Shown: positions 41,994 through 53,867 of the stretch, in pieces
Position numbering within the stretch: position 1 is the stretch's first letter
Layout: each line of letters opens with the position of its first letter
Origin: Eledone cirrhosa
Taxonomy: Eukaryota
DNA length: 64,000 nt
Direction: 5' to 3'
NCBI GenBank assembly: GCA_964016885.1
Contig: OZ024743.1
Location: forward strand, 306,838,001-306,902,000
The notes under the pieces: model-generated
Databases searched by the model: none
The model's input: the letters and a program-made list of their open reading frames with translations, nothing else
What the model was told of the DNA's origin: nothing
Program-made: the position numbers and the translations under genes

Positions 41994-42191
41994 AAATAGA
42001 TATTTATTTTACCCCCTAAAAAGGGGGTAAATGCAAAAATGTTTCCCTAAATAACAGGGGTTAGTGTTCCAAATGTGTTGCACTGAAAAATTTATCCGGT
42101 ACTTACAATAGTAAGGGTAAATCCCGATGGAATAGCGGAGCCGATGTGAAGCGTGTCTTACTCTATCAAGATAGATAGATAGATAGATAGA

Positions 42192-43232
42192 TTTCGTTAT
42201 TTGCCACAAGGGCGCTCAAGAAAAGGGGACAATACAAGGACATATGCCGGGGATTTTACATACAATCGTGTAAAAAAAAATGTTTAAACAAACGAATTCA
42301 ACAATCGAAATCCCCAATAGGGGGGAGGCGTTACAAATGGGTTGTTTAATACCCCGTAGATAGAACAACCCTCAACTTCAGGAGCGTGTTGTGCAAGTGC
42401 TCCTTTCCTCCTTTTGCTCTCATCTTCAACCTACAGGTTTATATACAGAGAAGGCCCAATCACTCGGGCCATTTTTGCTACATTCACCCACCTTTCAGTA
42501 AATTTACTGGGGTGCAGTGCCTCTCTCTCTACTCTGATTCTCCTTCTAAAGTGGTACCTAAAGAAGGGAATGAGTTGTCGTCCGGAGAGAAAGGCATCTG
42601 TCTTCAGTCCTCTCAATCTCGTCCACCATATAACCTCTTTCACCATAGCCACTATACAGAAAAAAACCGCCTCTCTTTCGTTTTTGAAAGAAGTTGGCGG
42701 TTTTATACTTACTATGACAGTCAACTGGATTTGTCCCATACGTGGCAGCAGTTGTTCTGCGTAGTTCCACAGGTCGGTTACGCCCGGGGCAGTACGGTTT
42801 CAATGTCCTGCTTGCATCTTGGACACGTCCTCTTGGAAGGATCCGTGCCTGTATATCTTGTCTCGAACTGGTAGAGCACCTCGGTAGCACTGCCAGGCCA
42901 GGGACCTCTGGAAGTTGTCCATGGGTCCCGGGTGGAAAGTCCTACCAAATAGACTGGTGAGCTCGTCGTCTTCGACACCCAGAGTCTCTCCGAGCACGTC
43001 GTCGGCCTTGTAACGTACTAAAGAGGAATGTCGAAGTGGAGTCTCCACTGATTGTTGTGCCCGCTTGAAAGAGGACTGTGAGCGCCTGAGCGCATTCAAT
43101 GTGTCAGGTGCCCATTTTCCTCGGTCTCCGCTTGACCCAGGACTGCAGCTCAGTCAGCGAGATAAGTTGCGGGAAGGCCTGTCTCACAAACGGGGTTCAC
43201 ACCGGTTGTTCGGAGAGGAATACCTGGAGATG
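42192..43232 (-). mobile_element. 5'-truncated Tx1 element E (A-like family)
   Basis: 3' UTR and ORF2 C-terminus closely resemble element A. Ends in degenerate gatagagagttagatag. Confidence 0.9.
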
Positions 43233-43499
43233 CGATAGAGAGTTAGATAGAGAGTGAACGAGAGAGAGAGATGGGGGTGTTGGAAGCGAGTTGTTAATGT
43301 AGATATGTGAATGTGAAATGTTGCCTCTCACTTGTTAGGTGTAACATAGAGAGTTAATTACCCTCCAATTAACCAGAAAACAAAAATCTACTAAATAGTA
43401 ACCAATCAAAAAGTATTCCTAGAGGTAGTTACCATATCTGTCATTTGAATTGGAACATTTCCCACGTTGATCCACCTTAATAATGGGTTTGTTTGGGGA

Positions 43500-43768
43500 C
43501 GGCTGTGTATGTACGTCTGTGTGTACGTGAGTATGTGTGAGCGTGTGTGTATGTGTGAGTATGTGTGTATGTATGTGTGAGTATGTGTGAGTATGTGTGA
43601 GTATGTGTATGTGAGCCTTTGTCTGAGTCTTTGTACGAGTATGTGCGTCTGCGTGCGTGCGTGTGTATGTTATGTGTGTGTAAGTTATGCCTGTGTATGT
43701 GTGCGTATATGTGTCTGTGTCTGTGTGTATATAACTGTGTCAGGGTGAGTGTGTGTATATGTGTGTAC

Positions 43769-43800
<32 letters not shown>

Positions 43801-46800
43801 TGGGTTAGATTGATTGTGTGTGTGTTTCTGTGTGTATCTGTGTCTGTGTTTATGTTTGTGTTTGTGTGACGCTTTTTGTGTGTGTATGTGTGTGATGCAT
43901 GCCGTAGTGATGCTTGTGGTGGTGTGATGATGCTTGTGGTGGTTTGGTGTTGGTCGTGGTGTGGTGATGTAGTGTTGTTGGTGGTGTGGTGTTGGTGGTG
44001 GTGTGGTGTTGTTGGTGGTGGTGATGTGGTGTTGGCGGTGGTGTAGTGTTGTTGGTGGTGTGGTGGGGTGTTGGTGGTGGTGTAGTGTTGTTGGTGGTGG
44101 TGGTGTGGTGTTGGTCTTGGTGTGGTGATGTAGTGTTGTTGGTGGTGGTGGTGTGGTGGTGGTGGTGGTGTGGTGGTGGTGTGGTGTTGGTGGTGGTGTA
44201 GTGTTGGTGGTGGTGTAGTGTTGTTGGTGGTGGTGGTGTGGTGTTGGCGGTGGTGTAGTGTTGTTGGTGGTGTGGTGTGGTGTTGGTGGTGGTGTAGTGT
44301 TGTTGGTAGTGGTGGTGTGGTGTTGGTGGTGGTGTAGTGTTGTTGGTGGTGGTACTGTGTTGTTGGTGGTGGTGTAGTGTTGTTGGTGGTGTGGTGTGGC
44401 GTTGGTGGTGGTGTAGTGTTGTTGGTAGTGGTGTAGTGTTGTTGGTGGTGGTGGTGTGGTGTTGGTGGTGGTGTAGTGTTGTTGGTAGTGGTGGTGTTGT
44501 GTTGGTCGTGGTGTGGTGATGTAGTGTTGTTGTTGGTGGTGGTGTGGTGGTGGTGTGGTGTTGGTGGTGGTGTAGTGTTGTTGGTGGGGGTGATGTGGTG
44601 TTGGTGGTGGTGTAGTGTTGTTGGTGGTGTTGTGTTGGTGGTGGTGTAGTGTTGTTGGTGGTGGTGGTGTGGTGGTGGTCGTGGTGTGGTGTTGGTGGTG
44701 GTGTAGTGTTGTTGGTGGTGGTGATGTGGTGTTGGTGGTGGTGTAGTGTTGTTGGTGGTGGTGGTGGTGTGGTGTTGGTGGTGGTGTAGTGTTGTTGGTG
44801 GTGGTGGTGTGGTGGTGGTGTGGTGTTGGTGGTGGTGGTGTGGTGGTGGTGTAGTGTTGTTGGTGGTGGTGGTGTGTTGTTGGTGGTGGTGCAGTGTTGG
44901 TGGTGGTGTAGTGGTGTTGTTGGTGGTGGTGGTGTGGTGGTGGTTGTGGTGTAGTGTTGTTGGTGGTGGTGGTGCGGTTTTGGTGGTGGTGTAGTGTTGT
45001 TGGTGGTGTGGTGGTGGTGTGGTGTTGGTGGTGGTGTAGTGTTGTTGGTGGTGGTGGTGTGGTGTTGGTGGTGGTGTAGTGTTGTTGGTGGTGGTGGTGC
45101 GTTTTTTCTGGTGGTGTAGTGTTGTTGGTGGTGGTGTAGTGTTGTTGGTGGTGGTGGTGCGGTGTTGGCGGTGGTGTAGTGTTGTTGGTGGTGGTGGTGC
45201 GGTGTTGGTGGTGATGTAGTGTTGTTGGTGGTAGTGGTGCGGTGTTGTTGATGGTGGTGGTGCGGTGGTGGTGGTGCGGTGGTGGTGGTGCGGTGTTAGT
45301 GGTGATGTAGTGTTGCTGGTGGTAGTGGTGCGGTCTTGGTGGTGGTGTAGTGTTGTTGGTGGTGGTGGTGCTGTGTTGTTGGTAGTGGTGGTGGTGCGGT
45401 GTTGATGGTGGTTGTGCTGTTAGTGGTGGTGTAGTGTTTTTGGTGGTGATGTAGTGTTGTTGGTGGTGGTGTAGCGGTGTTGGTGGTGGTGCAGTGTTAG
45501 TGGTGATGTAGTGTTGTTGGTGGTAGTGTAGTGTTGGTGGTGGTCGTGGTGTAGTGTTGTTGGTGGAGAGGGTTGTGCTGTTAGTGGTGGTGTAGTGTTG
45601 TCGGTGGTGGTGGTGCGGTATGCAGTTAGTGGTGGTGTAGTGTTGTCGGTGGTTGTGGTGCGGTGTGCAGTTAGTGGTGGTGTAGTGTTGTCGGTGGTTG
45701 TGGTGCGGTGTGCAGTTAGTGGTGGTGTAGTGTTGTCGGTAGTTGTGGTGCGGTATGCAGTTAGTGGTGGTGTAGTGTTGTTGGTCGTGGGGAGGCCGGG
45801 CGCTGTTAGTGGTGGTATAGTATTGGTGGTGGTGTGTTAGTGTTGTTAGTGGTGATTTGGTGGTGGTGGTGATGGTGGTGGTGGTGATGGTGTAGTGTGG
45901 TTTTAGTGGTTGTGTAGTGTTGGTGGTGGTGTTTTAGTATTGTTAGTAGTAGTTTAGTGTTGGTGTTGGTACTGGTGCGATGTGGTGTTTGTGATGGTGT
46001 AGTGTTGGTGCTGGTGGTGGCGATTGTTGTGGTGATTGTGATGATTGTGGTGATGATGATTGTGATGTTTACGCTGATGGTAGTTGTGATGCTGGTCGTG
46101 GTGATGGTGGTAATGGTGGAGGTGATGGTGGAGGTAATGGTGGTTGTGACGATATTAGAGGTGGTGTTAGTGGTGATGATGGGGGTGATGTTTGCATTTG
46201 TGATAGTAGTGTTGATGGTCGTTGTGATGGTGATTGTTGTGATGGTGATGGCGATGGCTGTGGTTGTTGTGGTTGTTGTGGGTGGAGCTGGTGATGGTGG
46301 TGGTGGTATTGGTGGTTGTGATGGTTTTGATGGTCCTTGTGGTAGTGTTGGTGTTGGTGGGGGTAGTGATGGTTGTGGTCATTGTGGAGATGGTGGTAGT
46401 GGTGGTAGTGTGAGTGGTAGTGATGATCTTGGTGGTCGTGATGGTCCTTGTGGTGGTGTTGCTAGTGGTGGTGGTGGTGTCGATGGTTGTGGTGATGGTT
46501 GTGGTGATTGTGGTGATGGTGATGGTGGTGGTAGTGTTTGGAGTTGTGGTGTCAGTGGTAGTGATGGCTGTGATGGTCTTTGTAGTGTTGATGGTGCTGT
46601 TGGTGGTGGTTGTGGTGGTGGTTGTGCTTGTAGTGGTAGTGGTGGTGGTGGTGGTGGTGGTAGCGTTTGTGGTGGTGATGATGGTGGTGGTGGTAGTGGT
46701 AGTGGTGGTGGTGCTGGTGCTGGTGGTAGTGGTAGTGGTGTTGGTGGTGGTGCTGGTGGTGGTGGTGCTGGTGCTAGTGGTGGTGGTGATAGTGGTAGTG

Positions 46801-47760
46801 GTGGCGTTTGTGGTGGTGATGGTGGCAGTGGTGGTGTTGGCGGTGGCGGTGGTGGTGGTGGTGCTAGTGGAAGTGCTGGTTGTGATGTTCCTGCTGGTCC
46901 TCGTGGTGGTGTTGTTGTTGTGGTGGTGGTGGTTGTTGTTGTGGTGGTGTTGGTGGTGGCCTTTGTGGTGGGGATGATGGTGGTGGTGGTGTTAGTGGTA
47001 ATGATGGTGGTGGTGCTAGGGGTAGTGCTGGTTGTTCCTGCTGGTCCTCGTAGTAGTGTTGTTGGTGTTGTTGGTGGTGGTGGTAATGGTGGTAGTAGTG
47101 GTGGTAGTTTTAGTGGTGATGTTGATGGGGAGGTTTGTGACCACCGCAACTATTAAACTATTATAGTAATAATGGGGGGGAGTGGAAGAGAGGGAGACTG
47201 CACGAACAATTGCCGTTCTTAGAACAATCAGTGAAATCGTCAACGATGCAATTAAGACAGAATCGAAAATAATTATTAACGATTTGATCTTTGACAAACT
47301 TTGACAGGTTGTGAGGAACCAGAAGGAAATTATTGGTCACTAACCTTATCAATGACCGTATCAGTAAAAGCAGTAGTCGATAGCTAATCATTAACTGATT
47401 GATATTACGACAGCCTTTCTCACCATGACAGGCCAAGCTTGCAAATATAAGATGTAAAATGGCGAAAGTGAATTCCCAGTTGTGTCAAATGACGTTACCC
47501 TATTCCCTGTGCTTATAGCGTTAGTTGGTGGTGGTGGTGGTGTTGGTGGTGGTGGTGGTGGTGGTGGTGATTGTGGTGGTGGTTGTCGTCGTGTTGTTGG
47601 TGAAGGTGGAGGTGGCGGTAGTGGTGGAGGTGGTGGTGGTGGTGGTGGTAGCGTTTGTGCTGGTGATGATGGTGGTAGTGGTAGTGGTAGTGGTGGTGGT
47701 GGTGGTGGTGGGTGGTGGTGGAGTTGTTGTTGGTGGTGGTGGTGGTGGTGGTGATGTTTG
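43500..47760. repeat. GT-rich low-complexity block: (GT)n, then (GGT/GTT)n-derived minisatellite
   Basis: Recurrent ggtggtgtagtgttgttggtggt motif; 45-bp unit repeated about 4 times at 45580-45790; non-repetitive island at 47140-47520. Confidence 0.9.
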
Positions 47761-48482
47761 TGTCAAATGACATTTACCCTATTCCCAGTGCTTATTAACC
47801 ACTGGTTCTCCCATAAGACATTGCTCCACTTGAATAACGCAGTGTGAATGAGGAGAGAAAAGAAAAAGGGGGGAAGTGGAGTTGTATGATAGATACAGGG
47901 AGATAGAGGAGGTACTCTGCAGAAAGAGAGAGGAGGGAGATAGAGAAGTAGGGAGAATATTGATAGATAGAAAGAGATAGAGGTTGCTTGAGAGGGAGGA
48001 GGTAGAGAGAGAAAGAGAGTAGAGAGGGGGATGTAAAGAGAGAGAGAGGTGTAGTGAGAGAGTGAGAGACAGAGAGGGGATAGAAAGAGAAGAGTGGAGA
48101 GTGGTTAGAGAGAGAGAGAGGGCGAGAGAGGATGTAAAGAGAGAGTGGTAGTGTGAGAGGGTATAGTGTGAGAGGGTATAGTGTGAGAGGGGTAGTGAGA
48201 GTTTGGTGTAGTGAGAGGGATTAAAGTGACAGTGTTGTAATGAATTAGAGGTGTACATAAGAGAAACCCTATAGCTTATGTTGATTACTGACACATGAAA
48301 GGCCATATATACTAGAATTACTGGATACATGAACAATTATACAAACTTGGATACCTCTGCTGTAATGAATTAATAGTTTGCACAAGAGAAACCCTATAGT
48401 TTATGTTGATTACTGAAATGTGGAAGTCATTAAAGATAAGAGTATATTTTAATACTTTATTTCTAGGATATAAGTACATAAA

Positions 48483-48597
48483 TACTGAAAATCGAGATCG
48501 AGAGATCGAACGAGCTTTTGCCCTTTTGCTCAACGTGTGATTTCCGTCCACACTAAGCTCGCCATGGGACACCTGCGTTACCCTTTCATAGACATGT
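48483..48597 (-). rRNA. Isolated ~115-bp 28S rRNA fragment (pseudogene)
   Basis: Minus strand GGTAACGCAGGTGTCC..GGCGAGCT..AG...GAGCAAAAGGGCAAAAGCTCG...GATCTCGATTTTCAGTA matches conserved eukaryotic LSU domain V sequence. Confidence 0.85.
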
Positions 48598-48637
48598 TCA
48601 GCATATATGTACAACTGATATTGAAATATTTATGACC

Positions 48638-49327
48638 AGTAGCAGAAAATCCACCCTTCGGGTGGTTTTCTGCTAGCATGTGTAGTGTGTATATTGTTAT
48701 TATACGCAGGTATATATACATGTAGATATGATACATCAAATAAAATCGTAATTGACAATATATAATACATAGAATTGAACGAAAACTGCGTTACACTGTC
48801 TTATTTAATCAGTAACGTAATCCATGATACATTAAAAAAGACGATATTATATATAAACTACATTAGGAGAAAATTAGTGACAGAAAATTAGTATGTTTAT
48901 TTAAGCGATGGCCAACCGGAAGTGTTGACATTTCAGAAATGTTAAAGAAGTGAATCTTTAAATAAACAAAATATATTTAATGAACAGCCACACAATTTAG
49001 TAGATAAATTATGTAATATTCATTAATTATTTATTCAAAGTAATAGGTGGATTGGCAGTATTGGTAAAGGTCTGACGCCATGCTTTGCAGCAAAGAGTTA
49101 TGGCCCTTTATGATCTGAGTTCAAATCCCGCCGAGGTTAACTGTGCCATTCATCCTTGCGGGATCGATAAAATAAAGTACCAGTAATACACTGGAATAAT
49201 TGCTGGCCTTGTGCCAAAAGTAGAAACAATTATTTATTCAAAGTATTCCAACTTATTTTACTAATGGGCTAAAAAATTATAAACCGTACTCAGTCCCGCG
49301 CTCCTTACTTTATTATAGTTTAGATTA
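48638..49327 (+). mobile_element. Helitron-like repeat carrying a SINE (49046-49227) with an 18-bp TSD
   Basis: Terminal hairpin TAGCAGAAAA..CCACCC-TTC-GGGTGG-TTTTCTGCTAG; AATTATTTATTCAAAGTA at 49025-49042 and 49228-49245. Confidence 0.65.
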
Positions 49328-49444
49328 CCTATCCGGTGACTAGGGAAATAAAATATATATGGTTTTATAGATAATAGTTGACTAATTTCTCAATACAAGT
49401 CGGACACGCACACAAGACAACTGCCATTTATATATATAGAAAGA

Positions 49445-50575
49445 TTATATATTATACATTAATATATTATATTATATTATATATTATATTATAAATCCCG
49501 CCTAGGTTGACTTTGCCTTTCATCCTTACGGGGTCGATAAAATAAAGTACCAGTAATGTACTGAGTAATTGCTGGCCTTGTGCCTAAAGTAGAAACAATT
49601 ATTTTAGAGTAGAAACAATTATATTATATTATATTATATTATATTATATTATATTATATTATATTATATTATATATTATATTATATTATATTATATTATA
49701 TTATATTATATTATATTATATTATATTATATTATATTATGTTATATTATATTATATTATATTGTTATATCATATTATGTTATATTATATTATATTATATT
49801 ATATTATACTATATTATATTATATTATACTATATTATATTATATTATATTATATTATATTATATTATATTATATTATATTATATTATATTATATTATATT
49901 ATATTATATTATATTATATTATATTATATTATATTATATTATATATTATTTTATTTTATATTATACTATATTATATTATATTATATTATATTATATTATA
50001 TTATATTATTTTGTCAACTCAGTGCTCCTGTGGGAGCCCCTACATGGACACACTGGAAGAGGAAGACCAAGGTTAACGTATGTTGATTCCCTAAGGACAG
50101 ACACTGGTCTGTTGGAGACACAGGACATGGCAGCGATAATGAGGGACAGAAACCGCTGGAGAGAACTCGACCATGGATCTCGGGAATTTTACCCGCCCTA
50201 GATATTATTTTATATTATATTATATTATATTATATTATATTATATTATACTATACTATACCATATTATATTATAATATATTATATTATATTATATTATAT
50301 TATATTATACTATACTATACTATACTATAATATATTATATTGTATTATATTATATTATATTATATTATATTATATTATATTATATTATATTATACTATAT
50401 TATATTACATTATACTAAACTATACTATAATATATTATATTATATTATATTATATCATATCATATTATATTATATTATATTATATTATATCATATCATAT
50501 TATATTATATTATATTATATTATATCATATCATATATTATATTATATTATATTATATTATATCATATCATATATG
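49445..50575. repeat. (ATATT)n pentanucleotide microsatellite with embedded SINE (49495-49600) and LINE fragments
   Basis: Read directly from the sequence. Confidence 0.95.
50012..50201 (+). mobile_element. 5'-truncated RTE-type LINE 3' end
   Basis: VLLWEPLHGHTGRGRPRLTYVDSLRTDTG...MRDRNRWR matches the GRP..T(W/Y).D....D...DR..WR C-terminal pattern of RTE-like ORFs. Confidence 0.75.
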
Positions 50576-51604
50576 AGACAACACTATATTTTACATAGAT
50601 CTTGCAATGAACAATATCCATCTTCAACTGTCGCTTGGGGAAGAAAAAAATTTTGGCACCCTATTTCTTTTTCTTCTCCTCCCCCTCTCAGCTTACACAC
50701 ACCCTCTCTCACTATTATTCCCCTTCTTCTCTTTTTCTCTCTCCCTAACCTCCCCCTCTCTCTCTCTTTCCCACCGCTCTCTCCTCCCATCTCTCTCTCT
50801 CCCACTTTTCTTTACAACCCTAGGTTTCATAGATTCGAATGAAGCATATCTTCATCGTCATCATCACCATTAATAAAATCGTATTAATCAACCTCCTCTA
50901 CTTCCACCACCTCTTTCCGATCATCATCATCACCAGCAGCAGTAGCAGTAACATTTCCAACATCAACATTCTCATCACATACATATATACATATCTATAT
51001 TAACACTAACCTCCTGAGAATGTCGACTATTTATACATAGCTCTCTCTCTCTATATATATATGTGTGTGTCTGTCTGTCTGTATCTGTGTGTATCTGTGT
51101 GCCTGTGTATACATACATACAAACATACAACCATACATACATACATAAGTAAGTATGTATATGTAAATATGCAATATTCTAACGGAATGCTGTCGGTCGG
51201 AGCCAAACGTTCTGATTTATTTATCAGAGGACTTGATATGATGGCTATAACATGGTAAAAACTGACAAGCTTGTCTCTCCATTGGAGCATAGACTAGGAG
51301 TTTTTGAAGGGACTTCGCTACGCAGTGATCTTTTATATCATCCACAAGTAGAAGACCATCAGACTTGACACTGCGTCTATGGTAGCCATTTTCTCGTCAC
51401 TTTTCATTTGCTTCAGATTCCATCTCAATCAAATTCTGTGTTTTCTTTCTTGTGCTTATCCGCTTTCGTTGGTATTTTGGTGTATGACATGTATAGCTGT
51501 TCGGTGTGTGTATGTATATCTAGGATATAGCCAAGTAGATTGGTTTGTGTTTATACACATATGTCTTTTTTGTAAATATAAGTATATCTGTGTGTGGTTG
51601 TGTG

Positions 51605-51661
<57 letters not shown>

Positions 51662-51718
51662 GTGTGTGTGTGTGTGTGTATGTGTGTGTGTGTGTGTGTG
51701 TGTTAGTGTGTGTGTGTG

Positions 51719-51875
<157 letters not shown>

Positions 51876-52032
51876 ATGTATGTATATAAATGTGCACTTA
51901 TAGAGATGCTGAATGTATGGATACACTTGTATATCTAAATAAGTATTCAAGTAGCTATGGCAAAATAGACATGCCAAATTATAAGTATATACTCATATTT
52001 TGTACATATATTTGTAAATACGTGGATGCATG

Positions 52033-52081
<49 letters not shown>

Positions 52082-52213
52082 TGAGAGAGAGAGAGAGTGA
52101 AAGAAGCAGTCAGACAGAGAAACAGACAGAGATATAGATAGATGGATAGAGAGATATTTAAATATAAATAAATATGTATAATATATGAGTAAATAAATTT
52201 AGCAACGTGCACA

Positions 52214-52355
<142 letters not shown>

Positions 52356-52536
52356 ATAAAACGAAAAATTAGTGATGCATCTGAACTAAATTTATTGTGT
52401 GTTACAATTGTTTCGCCGGCGGACAGCTCGAGACGCGATCATTGTGTGGATCTGTCTGATTCTGGATCCGCAGGTTCGACGGACACGTCTAATGATTTCA
52501 GAATACCGCCTATGGAAGCATCTTAGCTACCATCCG

Positions 52537-52630
<94 letters not shown>

Positions 52631-52941
52631 GTATATATGTATATATGTATATATGTATATACATATATATATGTATGTGTGTGTGTATGTGTGTGGGTGT
52701 GTGTCTCTCTCTGTGCATGTGTGTATGTATATATATGCACGTATTGTGCCCTAGGGAGTCCTTTGATAAGCTTGGGGCCTCATGGATAATGTGCATGTGC
52801 AACGATTTTACATATTTCCACATAGTACAAGCGAAACTGCTGGCAGTCGGCGCTAGAGGAATATCAGTAAACATTTATCTATTTCTTCAAACTTATAATG
52901 TTATACATATATATAAAATTATAAGTTTGAAGAAATAATAG

Positions 52942-52990
<49 letters not shown>

Positions 52991-53199
52991 AGTGTTTAGA
53001 TCGATATCCAGTGAGGTGTATCATTTAAACCACCACAAGTTGATACCTATTTGACGGGCTTATATATACTAACTCTTATAGCGTGGGTGTATCTAGGTAT
53101 ATGTGTTTGTATTTTTGCATGTATATATGTGTGTGTATGTTACATGTATGTTTTTATTGATATATATGTATAAAAGAAAATTTAAAGTTACTGCTTATA

Positions 53200-53640
53200 T
53201 GTATCGTCCTTCAAGCATTTAGATATAAGAATCTGCAACAGCATTATCAAACCATATATGGGTCTTTAAAGACAACAACATGGATACCGATTTAGGCACA
53301 AGCCAACAATTTGAAAGGGATGAGAAAGTCGATTAAATCGACTCCAGTGCGTTACTGGTACTTTATTTTATTAAGGCTAAGCCAACCACTGTGGGTTTTG
53401 AAATCAGAACATAAAGGGCCGTAACTATACGTCACAAAGTATATAGTCCGAGGCTCTACCGATACTGCCAATCCAACACCCTTGAAAGAAAATATACTAT
53501 ATTATTAAATATAGATCCTTGATAACCTAAATGAATCTAAGAAAACCTGGCTTTCTACCACTGGGAAGATCCAAAAATGGTCAAAGAAGAAAATACTCCA
53601 ATAAATGTCTACACTCAAGAGTTAAATTTTTACATTTTGT
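53200..53640 (+). pseudogene. Degenerate Penelope-like C-terminal (GIY-YIG region) fragment, split by a SINE (53290-53481, minus strand)
   Basis: ATALSNHIWVFKDNN before the SINE and SNKCLHSRVKFL after it resemble, from memory, the TALSKHIW.LK and SKCRH..KF motifs of PLEs. Confidence 0.45.
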
Positions 53641-53867
53641 TCTCATTTTGGGAAATATATACTTGCTTCTTGGAATTGCCATCCTCCAGCCTACATGCTA
53701 CACTCGTGAGCAGGTCAATTATATGGATCCTTAAGCCATATAGAGTTCTTTCACCATTTTGACTATTACACTACACCCCCTCATACACACATGCATACAT
53801 ACATACATACATACATACATACATACATACATACATACATACATACATACATACATACATACATACA

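Larger units (their letters stand above)
36467..42170 (-). mobile_element. Full-length Tx1-type element D (~5.7 kb)
   Basis: ORF1 in three frames (41592-41993; 40507-41559 with CYLCMERGHVKANC; 40131-40529), ORF2, and a 3' AATAAA followed by (TCTA)n. Confidence 0.95.

Noticed and set aside
42280-42430. Readthrough or coding extension after the ORF2 stop (VEDESKRRKG...EGC...)
   Set aside because: Differences between C and E are spread evenly over codon positions, and A, C and D have 1-bp indels. RNA structure explains the conservation better.
45957-47156. Gly-rich 399-aa and Pro/Thr-rich 256-aa ORFs
   Set aside because: Products of the (GGT)n low-complexity tract; several frames are open and there is no evidence of gene structure.
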